Assembly: GCA_963662545.2 (NCBI GenBank)
Contig: CAXXLL010000003.1
Coordinates: 1,408,001-1,472,000 of the forward strand
Direction: 5' to 3'
DNA from: Gammaproteobacteria bacterium
GTDB taxonomy: Bacteria; Pseudomonadota; Gammaproteobacteria; Ga0077536
DNA length: 64,000 nt
The position numbers and the translations under genes are program-made. Of the stretch, positions 33,334-43,482 are shown piece after piece. Every line of letters begins with the position of its first letter. Position 1 is the first letter of the stretch. The notes below the pieces were generated by a model that saw only the letters and a program-made list of their open reading frames with translations, was not told where the DNA came from and did no database searches.

Positions 33334-36300
33334 ATGGGCCACCAGGTGGTTTTGCCGGCTGCATCGCTGATATCTGCCGACCAAAAGGCACAACAGGCGT
33401 GACTTCGATAGCCGTCTCAATTGCTACTTCCAACATTCTTGGTTGACTCGGCTCTTCCCATAGCCACGCTATAGCATTCTCCACCTCGTATGATTCGCAT
33501 ATCCGTATAGCCGGAATACCATACGCATTAAAGATCGCAGTGTTATCTATTTCAGCAAGTCCCCACGTGGAGGCGTGGAACCGCCCTTGAGAGATTTCAG
33601 TCTGGAGTTGACGCACGCTGCCATGAGTCCTGTTGTTCATGACAATGGTTTTTATAGGCAGGTCGTCCCGAACAACTGTAGCTAATTCTTGAATATTTAA
33701 TTGAACAGAGCCATCGCCTACTATGGCAACAATTGGCTCGCGGAAGTTTAATGCCGCTGATATCGACGCAGGAATGGCGGTTCCACAAGCGTGCAAACCG
33801 GTACTGGATATAAGTCGTTGCTTCTCGTTTAGCTTAAGCGACTGCGCCGCATACCACGTATGATGACCCGCGTCGACCACGAACGCGCGAGCACGTGCGG
33901 ATCTTTTCGATAAAGACTCGAAAAACGAATTGGGATCGATACCTTTTATACCTGTGCGCTCGAACGATGGGTTGTACGACTCCAAAATAGCATCAACACG
34001 CCGAATCCATTCCTGGGGGGCTTTAAAGTCACTGAGCTTATTCTCTTTCGTTATAGTGCTAATCACTGAATTGCAATCGGCGATCAGCGTGTTCCCTATC
34101 TTCATCCGCTTTCCTGCCTCTGCGGGATCGATGTCTACATGCCATACTGCCCTTTTCTGAGCAAATCTAGCTGGATCGGCCCCCAAGACAGCGTGATCTA
34201 CGCGTGATCCCAAGATAAGTACAAAATCGGCTTCACTCATGACTGTGTTGGCGGCTCGTGTCCCGTACATTCCGCACATGCCAATTTGCAAATTATTTAA
34301 TCCGGCAGCTACATCCAATCCTGCTATCGTGCTAACAACAGGAATACGAAAAGTTCTTGAGAGTTTCCGAAAATTTCTTCTGGAATTACGCGCTACACCT
34401 CCTACAAACAATATTGGACGATGAGCAGAATATAAGTCCCGGACGATTCCCGCGACATCTCCGGAAGAAACTGATTTGGTTACCGGTAGCTTCGGTACTT
34501 CGATGGAGACTTGCTGCACTTCGCCCATTTGTACGTCTAATGGAAAGTCAACGACAACTGGGCCAGGACGATCGCTCATCGAAACTCGATAAGCCTCAGT
34601 CAGAATTTCTGGGATCTGCGGAGCTTTCTTCGGAGAATATGTCGCTTTGACAATCGGGGCACACATGCCGGCAAAATCGCATTGCTGCAAACCCGATTGA
34701 CGAGACTCGGGCAAAAGCATTTCCAAGTAGCTTTGAACCTGCCCTCCCACATATAGAGCAGGGATACTGTCAAAATATGCACTCGCGATTCCCGAAACAA
34801 GGTTTATCGCGCCTGGGCCACTGGTTCCAATCGCTACGCCGGGACGTTCAAAGAGCCGCCCTTCTGTTTCCGCAGCGAATGCCGCGCTCTGCTCATGAGA
34901 CATTGCGACTAGGTTAAGCGATTTATGCTCCCCAATAGCATCCAATAAAGGAGCGATCATGCCTCCAGAAAGCGTGTATACGTGGCGAACTCCAAGCGCC
35001 TCAATAAAGTCCGCAAAATACCGGAGTTATAACGGAATCTGGTGTTTGAGCGAGTTGAATAAAGGCGGCGTATCTGGTTGAAATGTTGTTACCAAGCAGC
35101 AAGCCAACCAAAGAGGATACGCCACCATGAGAGAGAGTAACGTTGTTGAATTATCAGGTCGAGAAGGAATACCAGATCCGTTGACGGAGGTCTTGAGAAA
35201 CGGTGCTCGGGCTCTGATTGAACGAGCGGTTGAAATCGAGCTGGCAGAATATATGGCGCAGTATTCAGGACATCGCACGGTGGACGACAAAGCAGGTGTG
35301 GTTCGCAACGGCTATTTGCCGGAACGCCAGTTGCAGACGGGCTTGGGGCCGGTGACGGTGAGGATCCCGAAGGTTCGTTCGAAGCTCGGCGAGCCGGTGA
35401 CCTTCCGTTCAGCGCTGGTGCCGCCGTATGTGCGCAAGACAAGAACCTTGGAGGCGGCCGTGCCGTGGCTGTATTTGAAGGGCGTTTCCAGTGGCGAAAT
35501 GGGCGCTGCGCTGGAAGTTTTGTTGGGGCCGCAGGCGAAGGGCCTGTCGGCGAGCACCGTGTCGCGCTTGAAGCAGGTGTGGGCGCAAGAATACCGCGAC
35601 TGGTGCGAGGGGCGATTGGACCAAGACCGCTGGGTGTAGGTGTGGGCGGACGGTGTCTACAGTGGCCTGCGGGCGGAGCACACGAAGCTGTGTGCGTTGG
35701 TGGTGATCGGCGTCAATGAGCGAGGCGAGAAGCGTTTTTTGGCGATGGAGGATGGTGTGCGGGAGTCCACGCAGAGCTGGCGCGAGGTGTTGCTGAAATT
35801 GAAGTCACGCGGGATGAATATTCCCAAGCTGGCGATCGGGGACGGTGCCATGGGCTTCTGGGCCGCACTGGAGGAAGTCTACGGTGAGACCCGCCAGCAA
35901 CGCTGCTGGATGCACAAGACGATGAACGTGCTGAACTGCCTACCGAAGTCAGCACAGGCCAAAGCCAAGCAAGCCCTGCACGCGATCTGGCAGGCCGCGA
36001 CAAAGGCCGACGCCGAGAAGGCGTTCGAGCTGTTCCTCAAGACCTATGAACCGAAGTATCCCAAGGCGATCCTGTGCCTACAGAAAGACCGTGAGGAGTT
36101 GCTGGCGTTCTATGATTTTCCGGCACCACATTGGCAAAGCATTCGCACGAGCAATCCGATTGAATCCACCTTCGCTACGATCCGGCACCGGACCCGGCGC
36201 TCCAAGGGCGGTCTCTCTCGGGACGGCATGCTCCATATGATGTTCAAGCTGGGGCGGTGTGCGCAGAAGAATTGGCGACGCCTACGTGGATTCGACTACC

Positions 36301-36430
36301 TGGCCAAGGTGATTACTGGAGTTAAATTTGAAGATGGTATCGAGGTGACAAGGGTCAATCAGGTCGCCGCTTGATTCAACCGCCTGAACACCACTTTTGA
36401 CAATAACTCAAAATACCGCGCAGCATTCAT
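33326..36430 (-). pseudogene. ThDP-dependent acetolactate-synthase-like enzyme, split by IS256 after about codon 7
   Basis: HEQSAAFAA, TSGPGAIN, GDGS...NN; removing the IS restores MNAARYFADFIEALGVRHVYTLSGGMI. Confidence 0.9.
35024..36409 (+). mobile_element. IS256-family IS; transposase 35127-36374 with an in-frame TAG at 35637
   Basis: Ends GAGTTAT / ATAACTC; 9-bp TSD AAAATACCG; RNGY, WADG, QRCWMHK, TSNPIES. Confidence 0.93.
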
Positions 36431-36550
36431 GCTTTGATTCTAGTCAAAAATATCGCACCAAAAGAATGGCGAAGCCGAAGCCGGGGGAACTAAAATCGCC
36501 CACTCTAAAGTGTATCAGGCGGAGGCTGAAGCCAGGTATACGTAACAGAA

Positions 36551-36991
36551 CTACCTCTTAACCCGCGTTGCCAGTAACGCCAATTTCGTTGAGACGCTCG
36601 CAATCGCTTTCAATTCCTCCGATGCCTCAGCTCTTCGCGCAGCTCGAGGAGATAATACGGCGAGCCTTGCAAGCTCCGGAATATTTACTGCGATCTGCGT
36701 TGCGGATGCTGAAACTAGCGATAAGGCCGCCAACGAAGCCGATACATTGGCTAAGGCAGCGAATTCCGAATCGGAGGACTGAAGGGCGGCCTGCAAAAAC
36801 TGGGCAGATTCTAAGGGAGCGAGAGCTTCTAGGGTGCCGAGTTCGGGGTCGGCTACAAGCACGTCTTTAGGGTCTTTCTCATATACACCTGCTTCCTCTC
36901 GAAGCGCTTCAAGCATGATTCTCGCGAGCCTTTTAAGCTGCGACCGACTTGGTTTCTTTTCTTCTGTGTTCTTCGTTGTGGTCGTTACCAT
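36551..36991 (-). CDS. small Ala/Leu/Ser-rich hypothetical protein with internal helical repeats
   Basis: Strong RBS (GGGGAGA); 146-aa ORF co-oriented with the cluster. Confidence 0.7.
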   Translation of the reverse strand: MVTTTTKNTEEKKPSRSQLKRLARIMLEALREEAGVYEKDPKDVLVADPELGTLEALAPLESAQFLQAALQSSDSEFAALANVSASLAALSLVSASATQIAVNIPELARLAVLSPRAARRAEASEELKAIASVSTKLALLATRVKR

Positions 36992-37158
36992 GATTCTCCC
37001 CTTTTTTGGTCAAATTGATTAGAGTCTTCCTCGTGGCCAATTCAATCTAACGATGAATTACTTCATTGGAACCGGGCACATGTACCGCGACGAATAAGAT
37101 GCACTCAGGCACCCGTCTACGTTAAATTACCCCGAATTTCTAGAAAAATGCAAGGTCG

Positions 37159-37416
37159 ATGCAAATTGTAAATGCTCTGGAACAGCTCTGGACGGAATTA
37201 CTTGAAGTCCCAAACGTTGGCTCATCAGATAATTTCATCGAATGCGGTGGCAATTCCCTATTAGCTACCATATTGGCTGCGCGGATCGACGAAGATATGG
37301 GATGCGAAATCTCGTTGGAAGAAGTCTTCCAACTAGAGTTTCGTGAGCTAGTAAATATCGTCGAATCGCAATATACGCGTGAATCATCGGAACAATTTAT
37401 GTCGTCAACTCAGTAG
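37159..37416 (+). CDS. stand-alone acyl/peptidyl carrier protein
   Basis: LWTELL...DNFIECGGNSLLA phosphopantetheine motif. Confidence 0.88.
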   Translation: MQIVNALEQLWTELLEVPNVGSSDNFIECGGNSLLATILAARIDEDMGCEISLEEVFQLEFRELVNIVESQYTRESSEQFMSSTQ

Positions 37417-38825
37417 ATTACGCCAGAATGTGCATTATCCGAGGTTGGAGAACTCGCAAGACCGCTAACAAACGACTTAATCTCCCGAACATATTCTTCC
37501 AATAAAAGAAATGCTTGCTCCGCATCAGTTTCCGTGATGTGCGTATCCAAAGTAATTTTGGTGTCACGACCTAGTTCATGAGCCACAAACGTCAGACCGC
37601 TGGGTCTACTTCCGGACTGCGCACCAATTACCCTATATGAATTAGATTTCGCTGTATCCGTATCCAAAGTGTTCAGATCAACCTCCGACATTTGGCAACC
37701 GGGAATCACGAAATCACTTAATGGATGCTTAATGTAGTTCAAGCAAATCGGAAACGAATCCTCTGTGAAATGACGACCTTTTTCTTGACACGCTCTAAAC
37801 AAAAATCCTATCGGAATTTCTTGTCTTTTCCACGAATCGAAAACGGCCTTGGCTGCATATTGAAGACGTGATTCATTAGTTTTAGGGTAGTCGTTACCAA
37901 TACAAAGCAAGACAGAATTGTAGAACGCACCAGTAGCATTTAGTGCGCCTCTAAGTGATCTCCCTGGTGCATAAGTAAGTATCGTGGTTCGTTTTGTTTT
38001 CGTATGTCGGGCCAATACATTTGCAAGGCACGCTAGGGCGACAGCTATCGGCGGTACTCTAAACTTTACGCTTATTGCGTTTAGTCCCTTATGGACGCCC
38101 TGTCCAAGTCTTTGCTCTAATCGAACAGACGTAAAAATCGCTCCCGGACGAATGTCGCGCCGATAAGGGTAAAGCTGTTCAGGCACATCAATTAGATGGT
38201 CGACCCACCAATCAAGTTGGGTATGTGCTTCGCCTGAATCCAGCCAGTCGTATTGAGTCTGTGCATAGTCAATAGACGATGTGCCTACGACGTCTTGGTC
38301 GGTCATCTCACCGCCGCGAACCAACGCTTTACTAAACGACTTTCCATATATGTATTGTGACCACGCATCTGAATAAACATGATGAAATGCTAACATCCAA
38401 AGCCAATTATCATTTGGACGTTGGGCAAGCAGACTTGTGTAGGAAATCGCGCGCTCAGGGGATAAATGGCGGATGCGCGATGAGAGTTCTTTCTTTATAT
38501 CGTCGAATCGGGGGAAATACGATCCGTCGTCGCGTCTTAATACGACCGTTACTTCGTCAAGCGCTGGGTGCTCCAAGACCTGTGCTTTCAGCCTGCTACC
38601 GACTGTCCTAAAGCGAGTACGAAGCGTTTCGTGCTTCAAAGGTAAAGAATCCAGTGCACGTGATATGCATTCCGGATCAACATCACCTTGTAGTTCCACT
38701 GCTTCTGCAATCATCGGACTGAAGCTTGGCGTCCGAAGTTGCCTGAGAAGTAGCAATTCTTGGCACAAGGATGGCCGGCCTTCGCGAACTACAGGGCTTT
38801 GATGAAATGTTGAATCACAATGCAT
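37410..38825 (-). CDS. second stand-alone condensation-domain protein
   Basis: SLCQE (C1), HETLRTRF (C2), FHHVYSDAWS (C3). Confidence 0.87.
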   Translation of the reverse strand: MHCDSTFHQSPVVREGRPSLCQELLLLRQLRTPSFSPMIAEAVELQGDVDPECISRALDSLPLKHETLRTRFRTVGSRLKAQVLEHPALDEVTVVLRRDDGSYFPRFDDIKKELSSRIRHLSPERAISYTSLLAQRPNDNWLWMLAFHHVYSDAWSQYIYGKSFSKALVRGGEMTDQDVVGTSSIDYAQTQYDWLDSGEAHTQLDWWVDHLIDVPEQLYPYRRDIRPGAIFTSVRLEQRLGQGVHKGLNAISVKFRVPPIAVALACLANVLARHTKTKRTTILTYAPGRSLRGALNATGAFYNSVLLCIGNDYPKTNESRLQYAAKAVFDSWKRQEIPIGFLFRACQEKGRHFTEDSFPICLNYIKHPLSDFVIPGCQMSEVDLNTLDTDTAKSNSYRVIGAQSGSRPSGLTFVAHELGRDTKITLDTHITETDAEQAFLLLEEYVREIKSFVSGLASSPTSDNAHSGVIY

Positions 38826-39214
38826 GAATACTACCCGCCAACGTCATTGTCGAAAGCGTATTGATCGAACTGCCCACGCAGAGCTACGTCACCAACCTTA
38901 CGACAGAGTTTCCTTGCTCACGCCCCCCGTTTCTCGCGAGAATTATCTCATATTGGTTGACGCACTTATCACCTTTATTGACAACCTTTTCCCGGCTCGC
39001 TCGATATTATCTGTGGCTAACGGTTTCTCCTTTTGCAAAGCGCTCGACCATATCAACTTGCATTCTCTTAGCGATATTTTATTTGCAATCAATATTGTGG
39101 TAGAAGATAGCTTGAGCATAGACAATTTCGACGCTGCGTATGTTTGATTAAGCTTTGTAATTAGTCAGGCCGCCAGCCTTCCCCGATCACCACAAACGGC
39201 GCCCAGAACATCGG

Positions 39215-39751
39215 GTGCGCGAATTCCTAACACCCGATGAGGTCGACAAGTTGATGCTAGCTGCGGGCCGAGTTGGTCGACATCAATTTCGAGATAAGAC
39301 ACTAATCCTAATCGCCTACCGCCACGCTTTACGAGTATCGGAATTAGTATCTCTCAGATGGGACCAGATTGACCTGAAACAGGGTCAAATACATGTCGTT
39401 CGCTTGAAGGGCGGGATCGACTCTACACACCCCTTGAGAGGCCCAGAATTGCGGGCTCTGAAGCGATTACAGCGCGAGTACGAGAAGTCCCCGTATGTGT
39501 TTGTTACAGAGCGTAGAGGGCCTTTTACGACTAGCGCCGTGAGGAAGATTATTGCTAGGGCGGGGGAAGTAGCTGAACTGGGGTTTCCTGTTCATCCCCA
39601 CATGCTGAGACATGCTTGCGGGTTCTATTTAGCTAATCAGGGTTTCGATACTCGAGCCATTCAGTTGTACCTGGGGCACTCGAATATTCAGCATACCTGC
39701 CGGTATACGGAGTTGGCGGCGAATCGGTTTAATGGGTTCTGGAAAGATTGA
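39215..39751 (+). CDS. FimB/FimE-like tyrosine recombinase (catalytic domain only)
   Basis: RHALRVSE, RLKG, HPHMLRH, LGHSNIQHTCRY; start codon uncertain. Confidence 0.9.
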   Translation: MREFLTPDEVDKLMLAAGRVGRHQFRDKTLILIAYRHALRVSELVSLRWDQIDLKQGQIHVVRLKGGIDSTHPLRGPELRALKRLQREYEKSPYVFVTERRGPFTTSAVRKIIARAGEVAELGFPVHPHMLRHACGFYLANQGFDTRAIQLYLGHSNIQHTCRYTELAANRFNGFWKD

Positions 39752-39863
39752 GTCAAAATAATTCCGTAATTGGGGCCGCGCGAAATTTCGGGTAGGTTTG
39801 AGAGCATAGACCAAGCGCCTTGGATCAAGTCTGGGCGCACTCATCTATGTCAGGAGGAGATCC

Positions 39864-41012
39864 ATGACAACCCGACCGGTCGATGCGGCTCGTTCCCTGC
39901 GGCCAATAATTCTTGAAGCGCGCGAGGAGATCGAGGCTTCTCGACGAATCTCCGCTTCGCTTGCCGAGGCGATGACCGCGGAGAATCTTTTCCAGCTTTT
40001 CGTAACTTCGGACGTGGGCGGGCCCGAAGTTGAACCGTTAGAGGCTTATCGCGCTTACGAAGAACTGGCTCGTTCCGATGCCTCGGTTGCATGGGTCGCT
40101 TGGAACAACTGCCTTCCCTCAGTTTTGTCCCGTTACCTCGACAATGACACGCGCACGGAGATCTTTGGCGAGCGCGGGACGATATACGCCAACTCCACCC
40201 GACCCTCCGGCCAGGCCGTCGTGGCCGATGGCGGCTTTCGCCTCTCGGGGCGGTGGTCGCTGGTTTCTGGTTGCGAGCTCGCCGACTGGATCGCGCTCAC
40301 CGCGGTCGTTCACGAAGGCAGCAAACCGCGTAAGACTGCCTCTGGGAGATCGGAGGCTCGTATGTTATTCATCCCGAAGGGCTCCTACGAAATCCTGGAC
40401 ACTTGGTATACCGGGGGATTGCGAGGAACGGGAAGCCACGATGTTGTGGTCCATGACGTGTTTGTCCCCAACCGGCGCATTTGCTCAATCTTGGAACCGC
40501 CACAGCTCGATGGTCAGCTGCACCGCTTTCCCTTTCTGGCATTATTGGCACCCGGTTGTGCCTCGATTTGTCTAGGTCTTGGATTGGCGGCGATCGAAGC
40601 GTTCGTCGAGCTGGCTGCAGATCGACCCCAAGTCGAACCCGGAGCGTCGATGCGCGAACGCAGCACGACTCACCGAACCCTCGCTGAGGCGGAGGCCGAT
40701 CTCCGAGCCGCCCGTCTTCTACTCCACGATGCGGTTGAGCGGGTATGGGAGTCCTGCGCAAATGGCGAACCAACGCCGGAAGAACGAGGCCAACTCTTGG
40801 TCGCCGGTTACCACGCAGCGCGCGTCACAAGGGACCTAATAGGTTCGCTTTATACGGCGGCCGGAACCTCAGCCCTCTATGTTGACTGCAGCCTCGAGCG
40901 GTGTCACCGCGATATTTGGGCGGTCGCGCAGCACATGATCGTGACTTCCCAATGGGCGGAACAGGCGGGACGCATTCGGCTCGGGCTCGAATCTAACCAC
41001 CCTCTTTTCTGA
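39864..41012 (+). CDS. acyl-CoA dehydrogenase-fold flavin-dependent hydroxylase (HsaA-like)
   Basis: GRWSLVSGC, DTWYTGGLRGTGSHD, LERCHRD. Confidence 0.9.
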   Translation: MTTRPVDAARSLRPIILEAREEIEASRRISASLAEAMTAENLFQLFVTSDVGGPEVEPLEAYRAYEELARSDASVAWVAWNNCLPSVLSRYLDNDTRTEIFGERGTIYANSTRPSGQAVVADGGFRLSGRWSLVSGCELADWIALTAVVHEGSKPRKTASGRSEARMLFIPKGSYEILDTWYTGGLRGTGSHDVVVHDVFVPNRRICSILEPPQLDGQLHRFPFLALLAPGCASICLGLGLAAIEAFVELAADRPQVEPGASMRERSTTHRTLAEAEADLRAARLLLHDAVERVWESCANGEPTPEERGQLLVAGYHAARVTRDLIGSLYTAAGTSALYVDCSLERCHRDIWAVAQHMIVTSQWAEQAGRIRLGLESNHPLF

Positions 41013-41268
41013 GCATCGGAGTCTTGTTGGCGAAAGGTACGTCGCCTCTGGGCGGCTTTTCCGTTTCCTATATCGCTAGTGTTAACATCTGCTTCATAGC
41101 GGTCATAGCTGCTTGGAACTCTCCCTTTATTCCGACCGGAGCGGTAGCGCAGGGAGCTCATTGTCAAGGGTCGGCTGCAGCTATTGGTTAGGTGGCGGAT
41201 CATCCGCGTTGATATTATTTCAGCCCGAGCGAGTTCAGTGCCGGCAGCGTAATCGCCTCCACGACGCG

Positions 41269-41568
41269 TCACGCGCCGAGGCGATCGAAGAAACGCAGGT
41301 TGATCTCCGTGCCCTCCACGAGCATGCCGTTTACTTGTTCGATCACACCTGTTTCTACACGCCAGTCAAAGTATTTTTCGTACTTCTCGCGTGACTCCCA
41401 GGTCTCCACGACCACGAAATTCTGCGGGTCGTCCATGTTGCGGGTACCGTACAGACCGATACATCCGTCATAGGAACGGGTGTCCGGAAACAGACCCTTG
41501 AAGGCCTCAGCCATGCCGTCGGCGTGTTCGGGTTTGACTCGGATTTCGAGTACTACGGTACAGGTCAT
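41269..41568 (-). CDS. antibiotic biosynthesis monooxygenase (ABM) family protein
   Basis: RBS GGAG + MTCTVVLE; DTRSYDGC, VETWESRE..YFDWR. Confidence 0.85.
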   Translation of the reverse strand: MTCTVVLEIRVKPEHADGMAEAFKGLFPDTRSYDGCIGLYGTRNMDDPQNFVVVETWESREKYEKYFDWRVETGVIEQVNGMLVEGTEINLRFFDRLGA

Positions 41569-41751
41569 GTCGTTCTCTCCTCGTTCGGGCTGGTTGTTAT
41601 GCAGACGGCCCTGCTCCTTATCCGTGTGCCGGCAGCCATCTCGAATGTTGCCGTGCATCATGCCTCAACAATACCACGGGAGCAACGCGGCGGAGACGTA
41701 CAGATATGAACCTATTTCTGTACAGCGGAGGCGTGTTCACAAGCCATGAAC

Positions 41752-42055
41752 GTCCGTTGATGGCCGAGGCTGTGTCAAAAGTATTTTTGAATTTTGAAAG
41801 TGGGAGAAGTTTAGCTCGATTTGCCTACCTTAGGCGGTGTGTTCCCTTAATCAATCGTGCATAACAACCTAAGTGGGGAAAATTTTCGCGGCGGGCTCCA
41901 TTTTTCGACTTTTGACACAGCCTCGGCCGAGAGCCGACGCGCATCACCGTCACACCGCAGAACACTACTTAATGACCGCTTCCGAGGGTATTGCGGACGT
42001 AATCTAGAGTGGTGCTGCACTGCCGCGAGGCGGCGGCTCACGACCCGAAGCATTT
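41752..42055 (+). repeat. composite palindromic repeat, copy 1 (units X-Y-Z); X carries a MITE
   Basis: Units start at 41752, 41974 and 42032; 59 and 58 bp apart once the MITE is removed. Confidence 0.75.
41766..41924. mobile_element. IS1182-type MITE (159 bp)
   Basis: IRs GAGGCTGTGTCAAAAGT / ACTTTTGACACAGCCTC; TSD GGCC. Confidence 0.85.
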
Positions 42056-42186
42056 ATAGTAATTCGCAGCACTTGGCTGCAGCAACTGCATTAAAGGATT
42101 GAATACATTGGGTCGAAATAAACCTTAACGCGGCGCAGACTAGCAGGTTGCGATACATTTTCGCCTCAAATTACTAGGTGATAACT

Positions 42187-42813
42187 ATGGCTGACCAAGC
42201 AAATATGATCTGCCCAGGTTGTCAAATCTTTCAACCACGTGCATTGACCTGCAATACATGTGGCGTAGTTGTCGCGAAGGTCGGGAAACCCGCCCCAAGT
42301 GTGGCGCCAAGATCAACTGGGTCGCAAGCCCGCAACATGCCGAGGATTAATCCTAATTTGCTATTACTGATAGCCATTCCTGTCATCGGGCTTATAGTAT
42401 TTTCGGCCTCAGAAAATGCGGAGGAAGCCGATCGCACCGCTGATGCAGTGTCATCTGACGTCCGCGACAAGAAGAAAGCAACCCCTACCGACATGATCGC
42501 GGTAGTTAATCCATGTGCCGCTGCTCGTATTCAGCGTAATAACGTAAGAAGCAAATTACATACGCTGAAAACGATGCTGTATCAGTACAGCATGGAAGGG
42601 GACGATCCGCCAACCAATGACGAAGGACTACAGGCTTTGGTGGATCGCCGTTATCTGAGTCAGTCTGATATCACCGACGAATGGGGAAATACGTTCGTTT
42701 ACCGGCTGGAATGGGGTAAAGAGACGCCGTGGGGAAAAGAATACAAAATCTTTGTGCATTCCAAAGGAGCGGATGGGAGGTCTGGAAATTCCGATGATGT
42801 GGCTATGCCATAA
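42187..42813 (+). CDS. membrane protein with N-terminal CxxC..CxxC ribbon and C-terminal GspG-like (T2SS G) domain
   Basis: CPGC..CNTC, one TM segment, PTNDEGLQALV, DEWGNTFVY, SKGADG..GNSDD. Confidence 0.75.
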   Translation: MADQANMICPGCQIFQPRALTCNTCGVVVAKVGKPAPSVAPRSTGSQARNMPRINPNLLLLIAIPVIGLIVFSASENAEEADRTADAVSSDVRDKKKATPTDMIAVVNPCAAARIQRNNVRSKLHTLKTMLYQYSMEGDDPPTNDEGLQALVDRRYLSQSDITDEWGNTFVYRLEWGKETPWGKEYKIFVHSKGADGRSGNSDDVAMP

Positions 42814-42875
42814 ACAAGGATAAACAAAGTACGAGAGCATTAGGGTTCAGGTCTAGTCTTTTGCCTGTTCTCGAT

Positions 42876-42960
42876 GACCGCTTATGGCAGCGAGCCGCCG
42901 TCCGCCATAGTCGCACCAGCGAACGCTAGGGGCCGACCGCTTCCGAGGGGATTGTAAACA
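42876..42960 (+). repeat. composite palindromic repeat, copy 2 (units X-Y)
   Basis: GACCGCTTATGGCAGCGAGCCGCC at 42876 and GACCGCTTCCGAGGGGATTG at 42935 (59 bp apart). Confidence 0.65.
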
Positions 42961-43105
42961 GCCGAGTGCCCCTCCAATCAGATTATTTCTACTGTTTCGG
43001 GCATCTGGATTAGCTTGCACTTTAAGATAACAAAGGCTGATTTAGGTTTCGCGATGATCTGACGATAACTATAGGTGCCGTCAATCAATTGCAAGGAGTG
43101 AAGCC

Positions 43106-43396
43106 ATGCGTATGATTACCGCTGTCGCTCTGTGTCTAATCGTCTGCCTGTTTCCGGCGGATCAGGTCGAGGCCTTTGCCGTGCAACCTCAGCAGATGCA
43201 GCCGATGCTTGATCAGGCCTTCAAGGTACCGCAGCCGCAGGCCATTGAAGCCGCAAGCCGTCGAGTCGCAAAGGAAGCAGCCGCAAAGCAGGCACAAGAG
43301 CAAAACGAAAAATCTGCCCAGACGTTGCGAACCGCGATGTTTTGGGGAGCGGGACTCTTTGTCGGGTTTTTGTTCATGAGAAAGCTGAGAAACTAG
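43106..43396 (+). CDS. small exported hypothetical protein with C-terminal TM anchor
   Basis: AAGGAG RBS, signal peptide, hydrophobic C-terminus followed by RKLRN. Confidence 0.7.
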   Translation: MRMITAVALCLIVCLFPADQVEAFAVQPQQMQPMLDQAFKVPQPQAIEAASRRVAKEAAAKQAQEQNEKSAQTLRTAMFWGAGLFVGFLFMRKLRN

Positions 43397-43482
43397 ACCG
43401 CAAACGAGCGTCGGAAAACCACTCACGGTTCATCCTACCTTGGTGCTTAACACGGTCCGACGCCCAACGAAGCCCCGCCTCA

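Noticed and set aside
39215-39751. Integron integrase IntI
   Set aside because: Too short, lacks the N-terminal domain and the IntI-specific insertion; motifs are FimB-like
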